Assembly: GCA_048013815.1 (NCBI GenBank)
Contig: CM106585.1
Coordinates: 1,674,001 to 1,738,000, forward strand
From: Setoptus koraiensis
Lineage: Eukaryota; Animalia; Arthropoda
Length of the DNA: 64,000 nucleotides
Reading direction: 5' to 3'
Under the pieces are notes generated by a model. That model was given only the letters and a program-made list of their open reading frames with translations, was not told the DNA's origin and ran no database searches. Shown piece by piece: positions 38,034-48,763 of this stretch. The first letter of the stretch is position 1. Each line of letters starts with the position of its first letter. A program made the translations under genes and the position numbers.

Positions 38034-41000
38034 TTAATATACGCTCACTTCATACGGCCATCGGACGGAGCCAACGTTTTGGTTGTTTTCGGCTCACCTG
38101 TCGCCGAGGCGCAGCTCCCGATGTGCGACCGTATGCGACAGCTTCATGTCACACCGAACAGCTGATGGTCAGTTGGTGAGTGATGAAGCGTGAGGGGGCC
38201 TCTTTGTTGGCAGCGTCTCGTCGTGGTAACAAGTCGTAAAAACTCGTAACAACTGTCAAATGGTCAGACGTCGCTTAGATGCTATCAGTGTGTGTGTGTG
38301 TGTGCGGTTTTATAGGCCTGATACCAAGACCAGATAGACGATGTGTTAACGAGCGTCTAATGAAAACAAGCGACTCTGTCGTTTATGTCTTATCTCTCGA
38401 CCGCTGGCCGGCTGACCAAAATGGCCGACCAAACTGGCTGACCAAACTGACCAAACTGGCCAAAACGGCCAAAACGGCCAAAATGGCCAAACTGGCGAGC
38501 TTAACTCGACTAAAGTGCGAACTAAACTGTGAAGTAAACTGAAAAATTAACCAATTAATCAGCGACACACACAAATTGATGGTGTGTGTGCGTATAAAAC
38601 TATTTTGAGCAATTGTTATCTGCGAGTCGCATCTGCCGCTCGACGCTATTGGGCACAACGGTCTAACCAGCGTCATGACGAGCTTTGGGATATCACGGGA
38701 TCACAGGTGAGCATGCATGAATCCATCATGCGGCTTTTATTGTGCGATTATGCCATTATCACACATGTAATCACAACTTGTGATTCGCGTAATCGCAATA
38801 TCGCGGCCGCACTGGCTAGACGGGCCACTAACTAGCGACAGCGACACAGATGATAACCGGTGATTTACTTTTGGCTAATTGCTAATTATAAATCATGGCT
38901 CCAATCATTCCATTAGGCTGGCGCTGCAGTGAGGTCGTTAAGTCGCACTTGTTAACGACTCGAAAACCACTTGTTGTTGTTGTTGCCGCTGTTGTTGTTG
39001 TTGCTGTTGTTGGTGTGCTTGTCGCTGTTTGCGCCGCTTGACACCGAAAGCATGAGCCGAAACAAGCAACAACAACCATGATGATATGATGAACACAACA
39101 ACAACCGCTGTGGCTTGCTGTTTGTTGTTGCTGTTGTTGGCACTAATCTGGCGCTCATGATGAAGCGCCATCAATCTGCAGCGAACGCTTGCAACGCGCG
39201 ACGCACCGACACCGACACCGATATATGGGCGCCCATGGATAGTTGCGCTAATTAATTAGATCGGCTTGTTCGTTACGTCTACACGGCTACTTTTAACAGG
39301 TTCACCCAACAGGTGAACCAATGGTGTGTGGCCCACACATTTATTGCCCATGTTTCGGTGTGCACTTCGAGACGCATATTGCGCAACTGCTCACAATGAT
39401 GGCCGTAATAATGTTGAGACACACGCACACTGTCGGTTGTATTACATAACTTATATAAATATGCTGCACACTAAATATATACGATGCCACCAGCTGACTA
39501 ACAAGCCGGCCAGATAATGGCCAACGAGCGCTCGAATCGATCATTTGCATAAAATCATTAATAATCATCAACAAGCGCATTCATTGTCAGTCCACTCAAC
39601 ATATTATTACAACATATTACGTAATTTGTTGTTTGTTAGTTGATTTGTGTGTGTGTGTTTGCCTTTTGAGCATACACTCAACAATACAGCTATGACTTGC
39701 AATTTCTAGCTCACTATTCAACAGATTCAGCAGATTCAACAGATTCAGCAGATTCAACAGATTCAGCGGATTCAACAGATGGGCTCCCAATTGTAATGGG
39801 CGACCATTTAAACTGTTAGCTCGGCCGAACAGCTTCCAACGGGCATCGAGCTAGACTCATCATCATCTCTAGCAGCGCCAACAGCAGCCATTATTGACGA
39901 ATAAGAGAAGCGCTTCAGCTCGACTATTTCAATTCACTATCCAACTATTGAACCATTGAACCGTCGGTAGTCCAATCATTGAGCTATTGAACGAAATAGC
40001 TCAATATAGATGCGATGTGGAATGTTGCGCAAGTGCTGCACGATCTTAACTTCGCCATGACTTGGCATGCTGTTGTTGTTTATATTTGTATCTGTATAAA
40101 CTAGAATGGATGAAATGGCGCCAATCAATCAAGCGCCCACTAATCAAATCAAATCAAATTCAAATTAAGGTCACTCGTCATCGTGAATAGAAAGCGAGCT
40201 CTACTTGTGTGCCGGCCGAATGATATTGTTAGCCACTAGAGCAAATATATAAATCTAACATACATAATAGTTTATATTGTGGCCTAAACTAACTACAGGC
40301 CTCTTCTTAAAAATAAAAATGAATGAACCAAACACGGACACACAATCGATGAATTATCACGACCACAGCTAACACACACATATGATAATGATGATTTAAT
40401 GATATCACCGCCATTTAATGGCCACCACTCATTGCTATTATCGCAATAATAATAACGATAATAAGCAGGGTCAGGTCTTTTCATTCAGCTCGAATCAGGC
40501 CCTCGGGGCTCCTCTTGCTCGGGTAATTTGCATAGCTGCTAGCCCAAGAGATAATTCAACAACATCTCATTTAACTCGATTATTTACAAAATCACACATA
40601 CATTGCCGCCTATCTATATATTGCAACTGATTCTGCTGTCTCCACTGTGTCGTCACGAGGTGGCGCTGATCTCTTTTGGCAAGCTCATTCGCTGGGCTTG
40701 TCATTATTATAGGATAAGCGAAAACTTCATGTGCGATATGTCTATTATACTGTGTTTTGCACAAAGTGTGTTTCATCAAAAACACACTTTTGCATATATT
40801 GCGACAACTGGAATGGTTTTTATTTCATTCATTGACTCGGTAGTTGAGTCGATTGAAAACTAGACCAATTAATTAAGCATTAATCCCTACCCTTCATCCT
40901 ACTTTGAATGACGGGGATTTAATTTTGTTCATTATACGTGATTTATGTCTATAAGATCGAGATTCAATGTCATACCTCAAACAGTTCAGTTGTGTGCTCC

Positions 41001-41508
41001 AGTCGTAAGCTTAATTATCGTTTGCTTGACAATAATCATCATATATCAAGCTTATCAGTGAGTCAGCGATAGCCTGCTGATTGTGATGACAATTTTCACT
41101 TGGCGCCAATCACTAGACGGTGAGCGCTCAAAAGTTTTGCAAACAAACAAACAACTTGATCTATTGTTGATGGTAATCTTTATGACTGGCCGTACTGCCT
41201 GAATGTAAAAATTCATCCTATCAATAAAGATGACGATGTTCGAGATTGAGATAATGAACAACAACAAACAACTATCACCAGTTGCTTGCCACCCAGCGAC
41301 CGGCCAAGATATTTGCAACTAGGCCGCAGATTGTTTTCGTTTCTGTTTCTCTCTTTTGGCTTTCTATCCGAAATATTCTCTGTACATTCGCTGTGTTTTT
41401 GTTTCTCTCTAATTTGCGTCGACTTTACAAAACTCACAAAAGAATCGAGAGTCCAACAAAGAGAGAATATGAAGAGAAGAAGAAGAAGATATTCAGTGGT
41501 TCACTTAC

Positions 41509-42059
41509 CTAACATCTTGCTTAGATCGGCATTATGCAAATCTGGATTGGCATCTGCCAGCCTCTTTCGTTCCGCTTTGGCCCAGACCATAAACGCATTC
41601 ATTGGCCGCCTAATTCTTGAAGCGGCCGCTATGGCAGCCGTCGACTGAGCCACCGGAACATGATGATGATGATGATGGTGATGATGGAGTGGGTGTGGAA
41701 GTGGATGCTGATGCGGGCCAAGATGGTGCCCATGATGAGGAGCCATAGGATGATGATGAGCATGTTGGGCATGATGAGCATGATGGGCATGGTGAGGATT
41801 ATGATGATGGGACAGGTGAGGCGGCAACAGATGATGCGGCCCAGAATGATGTGCGGCCAACGAAAACGGCAAATGCGGATGTGGTTGTTGTTGTTGTTGT
41901 TGTTGGTTCGGATTTTGCGTCGGTGACTGCTGCTGGACATGTTGATTGTGCTGATTGGGTGCCGCCATCGAGGTCGCTTGATGATGAACTAGCTGTTGTT
42001 GTTGTTGCTGATTAGGGTTACTATTGCCAAATTGTTGCATCACAGGTATTTGCTGATGC

Positions 42060-42090
<31 letters not shown>

Positions 42091-43096
42091 GCTGTTGTTG
42101 TTGTTGCTGTTGTTGTTGTTGATGCTGCTGTTGAGCTTGGAACGATGATAATTGTTGCATTTGCATCTGCTGTTGAATTTGACGTTGCTGTTGCATGTCC
42201 GATTGTGACATTGCGTCACTTCCGATAGTTGGTGTTTCATCGGTGCCATTCAATTGTTGCTGTTGTTGTTGTTGCTGCTGTTGGGGTGCCTGAAGATGAT
42301 GAATTATGGGAGCCGGCGATAGTTCGGCCTGTTGTGATGCGCCGCATTCATACTGTTGCTGTTGGTACTGATTCATCAGCTGATCCTGGTGTTGCTGGTG
42401 CTGTTGATGTTGTTGGTGCTGATTTAAAGTAGGTGAATATTGCACTTGTTGTTCTGTTGCTTGCGGGCTAGACTGTTTGACTTCATTCGCTTGATTATTA
42501 TTATTATTATTATTGATTAGGGTAACTTGTTGCCAAATTGATTGCTGTTGTTGTTGCTCTATTAATGACTCCTTTTTCACTTGTGACCCTTGAGCCATTT
42601 TACCATTGTCAACTATTGCGTTGCCATTGATCAATGGCGATGATGATGTCGACGATGGTGACTCTTGAGTGCTTGATTGATTAGCATTAATTAGTTGATT
42701 ATCGCTATTGTTGTTTATGTTGTTGCTAATCATATTATTATTGTTGTTGTTATTTTGCTGTTGCTGTGGTTGCTGTTGTGGTTGCTGTTGTTGTTGTTGT
42801 TGCTGTTGTTGTTGCTGTTGTTGTTGCTGTTGTTGTGGCGCCGTTATGGACAATGCATGATCACCAATTGATGCTGTTGGCGATGCCGAACTATTCATAT
42901 CTATTTGTGACTGGCGTTGTTGTTCCTTTGTTACAATTGTTGATTTAGATTGCTCAACAACGAAATATTCCTTTGAAGATTGCGTTGGCGCCTGATGGTC
43001 AACAGTTGTTGTCTCGAGAGCTAGGCTATTTTCAAAAGTGACCAGATTGAAGGATAACGATGATGGCGACGAGGACAACGACAACGACGACGGCGG

Positions 43097-43132
<36 letters not shown>

Positions 43133-43384
43133 AGAAGCTGCAGAAGCAGAGGGAGACAACGACGATAATAATTGTCGTGATTTATTATATTGTAAGTGAC
43201 AATGAGATGAAGATGACACAGATAATGATGACAAGCCCGATGACGAGGATGGCGACGACGACGGCGACGGCAATGATGTAATCGGTGACGAAGATATAGG
43301 TTGCTGGTGACAATTATGCAAAAGTGATATGATGCCGTTGCTAGTTGATTGGCTTGTTGTAGCCAATGGTATTGACATGGTCAT
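41509..43384 (-). CDS. SoxF: SoxF exon 1 (S/Q/H-rich N-terminus plus first part of HMG box); spliced CDS 4116 nt, 1371 aa
   Basis: [37 protein letters not shown] is the SoxF (Sox7/17/18, Drosophila Sox15) type of HMG start. Donor G|GTAAGT. Exon lengths 1876+87+2153 sum to a multiple of 3. Confidence 0.93.
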
Positions 43385-43969
43385 TCATATGTAAGCTTGG
43401 ATTTGTTTCGCTATTGTTTGTTTGTTTGTCCGCTTGCTCGCTGGCCAGCTAGCTCGCTAGTTTGTTTGTATGTTTGCTGCTGCTAGTGCTAGTGCTAGTG
43501 CTAGTGCCGAGCTAGTGTCGAGCTAGTATCAGGCTAGTGTCGAGCTAGCGTCGAGCTTGCACCGGGCTAGTATTGAGTACAATCGACTGCCTGATTATAA
43601 TGATGGTAATCATATTTATTATTATCGCTTCGCTTGATTTATTTATTTTGCTAAATTTCGATACTCACTTTTCACTTATGTTTGCTGTCGTCTGACGATG
43701 ATCACTGACGCTCTCTAGTCGCCCTCTGTGTCTCTCTCCATCTCTCTGTCTCTCTATAACAACAACAACGACGACGACGACGACGACGACACACACACAC
43801 ATACTATTACATGATACTACTACGGCATACTATGGATACTTTTGATTTAATCAAGATGCGCATGCGCCTGCTCATAAGCTTGTAGCTTATAGTTACATAA
43901 CATACTACTGCCTCCACCTCTTTAAACACTGGCTTCTCTCCGCACTGGCTCCATCTGGCGCTCCCATTC

Positions 43970-45043
43970 TCATTCTCCCTCTGCCGGCAAGGTGTTTTCT
44001 TGGGCTGCGCCTGCCTTTGCCGAGGTACTAGCCTCCGGTCCAGCGTCTACCTCGTTTGGTCCAAACGCGGTGCCCGGAACTTGTGGCGCGTCCATAGGTA
44101 TGACAATTTCTCCCGGCGGCGGCGGTGGAGCATCGGGTGCCACCCAAGGATGCATTAGGGCGCTCTTAATGACTAAACGTTTAGACGGCTGATAAGTCAG
44201 CAAGCCCTTAATAAACTCTTGGGCAGGCTCACTTAGTTTTGACATGTAACTAAAACTACGTTCTAGCTGATTTGTCAATTTGTCTCTGTTCTTGTAGTCT
44301 AACGGATGCGAACGAACCACCATCCAAAACAAGGTGGCCCCCATTGACCAGATATCTGCACGACGAGGGTCGTACTCTTGACGTTTGGCCACCTCCGGTG
44401 GCTGATTCCAATGAATATGACGATTAAATTTATGCCACTTTTGTTTGAGCAACTTTCCCTCAGGTGTTGTATAGATACAAGCATCACTCAATCCGGACAA
44501 TCTGACATGCATGTCGTTACCTAACACCAAAACACTTGGCGCAATGTTACGATGACAAATAGCATGCGATTGCATCCATTCCACACCATTCAAAATATCT
44601 ATTGCCCAGGTACGAACCTGCGCCTCGTCCAACTTTAAACCGCCCGCTGCACCACGAAGCTTCAAATGGTGCACCAAATCGCCCTTGGTACTCCAATCTA
44701 CCATGACATAGATCCTTTCGGCCGTGTAACAAATATCAATAAAATGGATTATACTATGGCATTTGCTATCAACGAAGCGCATTATTTGGCATGTCTCCTC
44801 TTTCAGAGTGTGTCGCACTCTATCTTTGCCACCTTTGTACGGCTTCACAATACAATGCAAATCCGGCAATCCAAGTTTGTCGCATTTGAATATAAGCGAA
44901 TTCCTTCCGGCTGCCACTTGTTTACGAATAATCTTGTAGCCCAACACACGCTCTATGTAATCCTCAGAATTGGCGAATTTTGCATAATCGCATGCTTTTA
45001 TCTGAGCTACATTAGCTGCAATACTCGGATCGATTTCGCCCAT
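43970..45043 (-). CDS. Testis-specific serine/threonine kinase (TSSK)-like protein, predicted pseudokinase (357 aa, intronless)
   Basis: Kinase fold with TSSK-type PPEVAKRQEYDPRRADIWSMG. The catalytic loop reads HRNIAPSV and DFG reads GLS. Confidence 0.8.
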   Translation of the reverse strand: MGEIDPSIAANVAQIKACDYAKFANSEDYIERVLGYKIIRKQVAAGRNSLIFKCDKLGLPDLHCIVKPYKGGKDRVRHTLKEETCQIMRFVDSKCHSIIHFIDICYTAERIYVMVDWSTKGDLVHHLKLRGAAGGLKLDEAQVRTWAIDILNGVEWMQSHAICHRNIAPSVLVLGNDMHVRLSGLSDACIYTTPEGKLLKQKWHKFNRHIHWNQPPEVAKRQEYDPRRADIWSMGATLFWMVVRSHPLDYKNRDKLTNQLERSFSYMSKLSEPAQEFIKGLLTYQPSKRLVIKSALMHPWVAPDAPPPPPGEIVIPMDAPQVPGTAFGPNEVDAGPEASTSAKAGAAQENTLPAEGE

Positions 45044-45484
45044 TATGATCGGTAGCTAGGAACACCGGTACTTAGATTCCACAGAATTCGTTGATTAAAT
45101 TCAAGCTTCTTATAATTTTGATTGTAGTAACTATAATTATGTCGCCTCAATTAAATCATCGTGCCGACAGAAAAATAACTAAACTCTTTGCTGAATCTGC
45201 TATCAACGAAACTAGGTGCTCTCTCTCTCCACAGAGACTCTTTTGTCTGCTTATTACGTTTAGAAAAAAAGTCTCGTGATTTACATTGGCTAAAAAAATC
45301 AGAATCGCACGAGATGCAATTCATCAACTGGATAGGCTTTAGTTTCGCTATTCCTCATTGAGTGTGAAATAAGTACAACGTAGTAAGTTGACGATCAAAT
45401 CATCACGAGATTTCACAACAAAAGTCGGGTTTATTAAAGTTTTGTATGTATATTTGTTATGGACTAAAAGGCCTGCTTGCGAAC

Positions 45485-47755
45485 CTATAGAATGATATCG
45501 GAAAATATTGTCTTAACACTATCTTGTTGTTTGTTGGCACCATTGTCGTCCGTTTCTAACATTTCTATGGCATGTCGTCTAACATTCATCTTGTTCATAT
45601 CTTCTCGCATACTCAAAAGTGCGGCCAAATGATCCACGCTTATGTCCGGATATCGATGCTTCAATCCTTGCACTTCCAATGAGAGTAAACTTGAATCCTT
45701 CAGTCTAAGGAATTCAGCCAACGCCTTCAGAGCATCAAAGGGAGAATTCGCGTCAGAATTAGGGTCTAATTTGACCAAGGCATTCTTGAGAACGTCACCC
45801 TCGCGTATAAATCTATCACAAAGTTGTTCGCGTTGACTATAATCCCTAAGGGCCATCTTCTTTTGTAATATGGCTTTCATGTACCCTTTTGCTAGGGAGT
45901 TTTGCAATTTCTTACTCGCAAATATCTTTCTATTTTCCTGTTTTAAGTGACGATAATCTTGGAAATAGTCATCTAGTGTCAGGCAGATATTTTCTACACA
46001 ACTCACTTTACCTTCTAGCCATTCTTTTGTACCAATCTGACTGATCTCTTTATCTAAATCGAGGAATATTTCATGTATTAGATAATCCAAAGAATCATCG
46101 CGCAATTTTTCGAATGAGCTCAGAGCTAATTCGAACGCCTTGTCTGCCTCATTTTCGACATCAAGTTCTTGCATTGTAGTATTTGCTGTGGTTGATAGCT
46201 TGTAGTGCTGTCTAAATTCTTTTTCCATGTCCACGAAACTAGAGCAATTGTTTGTTATCGCTACCATGTAAGGGGTAAAAAATTTAATTTGACGTCTTTC
46301 ACTAAAATGTTTCCTAGCGTACTTATCAATTGTTTCTTTGTATTGTTGCGCGAATATGGCCATTCGATTCATACTTAAAGTTAGAACACGATTTACGAGG
46401 CTTTGGTTTACAGATTTTGCAACCTGTAAGTGTTGGTCGATCATCTTGAAAATAAATACTGGTGTTGCTGTCTGATAATGTCCAGAATGATCTTTTTCTG
46501 GTGGATCGGTTTGACTAGTCCAGTCTTTCATTTCCCTATTGATAGTATTGCTCATCCATTCTTTATAATTCTTCTCTATAGTTGATAGGTATTTTTCTGT
46601 CAATTCCTGCTTTTTGGCATCCGTCAATAATTGGTCCAAGCCTTCCTCTTTGGGATTGAAGTTGAGATCGGGATGACCCAAAAGCTTTGGACCAGTGTAT
46701 TGTTCAACCCAATTGATCAAGCAAACGTATTCGTTACCTACCAGATGAGTGGCTAGATCCAACAAATGAGTACGAAGGCTTTTATGATACATATGCAACA
46801 ATTCATTTAATATATTGAATGAAGGTGGGAAGCATTGTACTCCAGTCAATTTGAAGAGGCGCAAATCTTCCAAAATCATGATACGAGTGTCCTCTAGATG
46901 TTTAGCTAGCCATTGTGAGTTCTCGTCTTTCTTTTCGAATTGATTACCCATAATCCTATCCGATATAGTCTCCTCCAATATATCAAATAGTCTCTTTCTC
47001 CATTGCTTTGGTCTTCCTTGTGGCATGAAACCAGTGGCCTCGAAGCGTTTTATGGCCAAGGCGTCAGCTTTCTCCTCTCGCTCTATGATTCTCAAAGCAT
47101 TAACGATTGATGTTGGTTTAGTAACTATAGAACTCAATGTCAGCTGGACAATAATCCCTATTTGTTTACTCAATTCTTCATTCAATCTGTCCACGTCCGA
47201 AAAGTATTGTTTCAGTGTGAGTCTGTCATTTGGATTGCTAGATGGATGTCTATGCAGTTCGAATAGTAAAGCACATCGAGAATTTTCCAATTCGGTCAGA
47301 TGCTGATGAGCTAATAATAATTTTCCATTGGCAATATGCTCGCTTGTAATTGCAACGTTGACGGGCACGTCGAATATATGTTTGAAATTTTCTTTTGCTG
47401 TACACAATTGACTATAACATAGACTTTCGTCCCTGATACTTTTCAATTTCGTCAATAGGTTTGGTATCTCTGAGAATTGATTTTCTACTTCTATTAAACT
47501 CTCTTTAACATCCTTGATATCACCTATTGCCTTCTCCAAATTGGCCAATCCGTTCCGGACACTATTCAGATGTTCCGAATAGCTCTTGCGTAATTTACTC
47601 GTTGATGTGGTCATCTTATCCCTTAGGTTGTTCTCATTACCCTGACTTATGGCCTTGTTAACTTTAAGCCGGATCATGGTCTCTTGTTCTGCTTGTGGGT
47701 CCATGGCTGATATTCTTTTCGTCACAATATCCGGAATTGTTGAAAAATCATCCAA
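45485..47755 (-). CDS. EXOC3: Exocyst complex component 3 (Sec6); start codon uncertain
   Basis: Colinear with Sec6: LCTAKENFKHIFDVP, LLLAHQHLTELENSR, ALRIIEREEKAD, GFMPQGRPKQW, FPPSFNI, LTLDDYFQDY, YPDISVDHLAALLSMREDM. The track start at 47755 is TTG; the first in-frame ATG is at 47704. Confidence 0.93.
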   Translation of the reverse strand: MDDFSTIPDIVTKRISAMDPQAEQETMIRLKVNKAISQGNENNLRDKMTTSTSKLRKSYSEHLNSVRNGLANLEKAIGDIKDVKESLIEVENQFSEIPNLLTKLKSIRDESLCYSQLCTAKENFKHIFDVPVNVAITSEHIANGKLLLAHQHLTELENSRCALLFELHRHPSSNPNDRLTLKQYFSDVDRLNEELSKQIGIIVQLTLSSIVTKPTSIVNALRIIEREEKADALAIKRFEATGFMPQGRPKQWRKRLFDILEETISDRIMGNQFEKKDENSQWLAKHLEDTRIMILEDLRLFKLTGVQCFPPSFNILNELLHMYHKSLRTHLLDLATHLVGNEYVCLINWVEQYTGPKLLGHPDLNFNPKEEGLDQLLTDAKKQELTEKYLSTIEKNYKEWMSNTINREMKDWTSQTDPPEKDHSGHYQTATPVFIFKMIDQHLQVAKSVNQSLVNRVLTLSMNRMAIFAQQYKETIDKYARKHFSERRQIKFFTPYMVAITNNCSSFVDMEKEFRQHYKLSTTANTTMQELDVENEADKAFELALSSFEKLRDDSLDYLIHEIFLDLDKEISQIGTKEWLEGKVSCVENICLTLDDYFQDYRHLKQENRKIFASKKLQNSLAKGYMKAILQKKMALRDYSQREQLCDRFIREGDVLKNALVKLDPNSDANSPFDALKALAEFLRLKDSSLLSLEVQGLKHRYPDISVDHLAALLSMREDMNKMNVRRHAIEMLETDDNGANKQQDSVKTIFSDIIL

Positions 47756-48061
47756 TTAGACTCTTACAACACCAGTGTCATTAGAACATCCTATCGACAT
47801 GAAAATTGACAGAAGAAGAAAATGATTGGAATGAGTTTAGCAAAAGAGAATCAATACAATAAAAATGCGCTAATTTTAAATCACATTTTTCACATAGAGA
47901 TCGGGGGAGCCTCCCCCTCCCGCACCTCCTAGTTCAGTTCTAAGTTTTGTGAAGCAATACTCGACAAAGAGAAAGTCGCTTTTTCTCTACAAAACTTACA
48001 TAGAAACTAAACTGCCTCCTAGAAAAAAAAAATAATTATAGATCTTTCGATTGAAAATATT

Positions 48062-48406
48062 ACACCTCGCGCCTCCCCGGGGAGATACGGGAGGCGGGAG
48101 GTGTGCTCCACCCTGCAGTTCCTCTGATCACTATTTTCGTCGCGTAACGATTAGCGGAGGTTGTTGCTCAGCGCCCCGTTCGCAAACGGTCAGGCCAAAG
48201 TTTTGCCGCAAAACTCCCACAGTAGCCATCGAAATTCGATGGCGAGTTCGATTGACAAGCAAAGATTTCACCGAGCCCAGAGAGGAGGAAAATATTGACA
48301 AGTTCTAAACAAAAAGACTTCAGCACTTCCAATGCGCCCAAGGAGACCATCTCCCTTACTCCGGCTCACTACTTCGGAAAACGTGTAGTCGGGAAAATCC
48401 TCTTTT
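48062..48406 (+). ncRNA. Candidate structured non-coding RNA (hairpin-rich intergenic island)
   Basis: Stems: 48062-48104 (7+8 bp), 48176-48189, 48200-48214, 48225-48243 (8 bp). Ends in TTTT. Strand and expression not established. Confidence 0.3.
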
Positions 48407-48763
48407 GATACCTGTCTGTGTCTTACTGACTTGATGAAGCATAAAAAAAGTTACTTCTCTCACAAACAGCAATAAAAGTTTTGTGACTTTTTCACTGATT
48501 ATTGCAATGGATGTGATCTTTGGATGCTTTTATTTGGTGATCCTATTGAAAGCAAAACGTTTTTTCATTCATGATTCAGATGCAGCTTATATTTGTCCTT
48601 GGGCATATGGATCTAACCTGAAGGGGACATATGACAGAGACTCTATAACATTAAAACTTGTTTTGCACGAACAAATCTCTTTCGTAAAACTTGTCGAAAT
48701 CTAGTTCTACATCTTGGCAATGCCTCATTGATTCTAATGTAATACAGTCCGCGTAGTCCTAAA

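Larger units (their letters stand above)
7661..41508 (-). other. SoxF intron 1, 33,848 nt, GT-AG
   Basis: Donor TTA G|GTAAGT at 41509/41508 and acceptor CAG| at 7661. The missing middle of the HMG box is found only at 7660-7574. Confidence 0.9.

Noticed and set aside
6100-41400. Hundreds of 60-200 aa ORFs in the SoxF introns
   Set aside because: They are translations of CA, CT, CAA/CAG and GTTC repeats (poly-VC, LS, Q, A, L), overlap in all frames, often start at non-ATG codons, and show no recognisable domain. Only 15603-17657 and the 87-nt exon are supported.
7661-41508. Recursive splice (ratchet) sites in the giant intron
   Set aside because: The minus-strand CAG|GT instances I inspected (e.g. 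near 19655, 23148, 31236) lack convincing pyrimidine tracts. A systematic scan is still needed.
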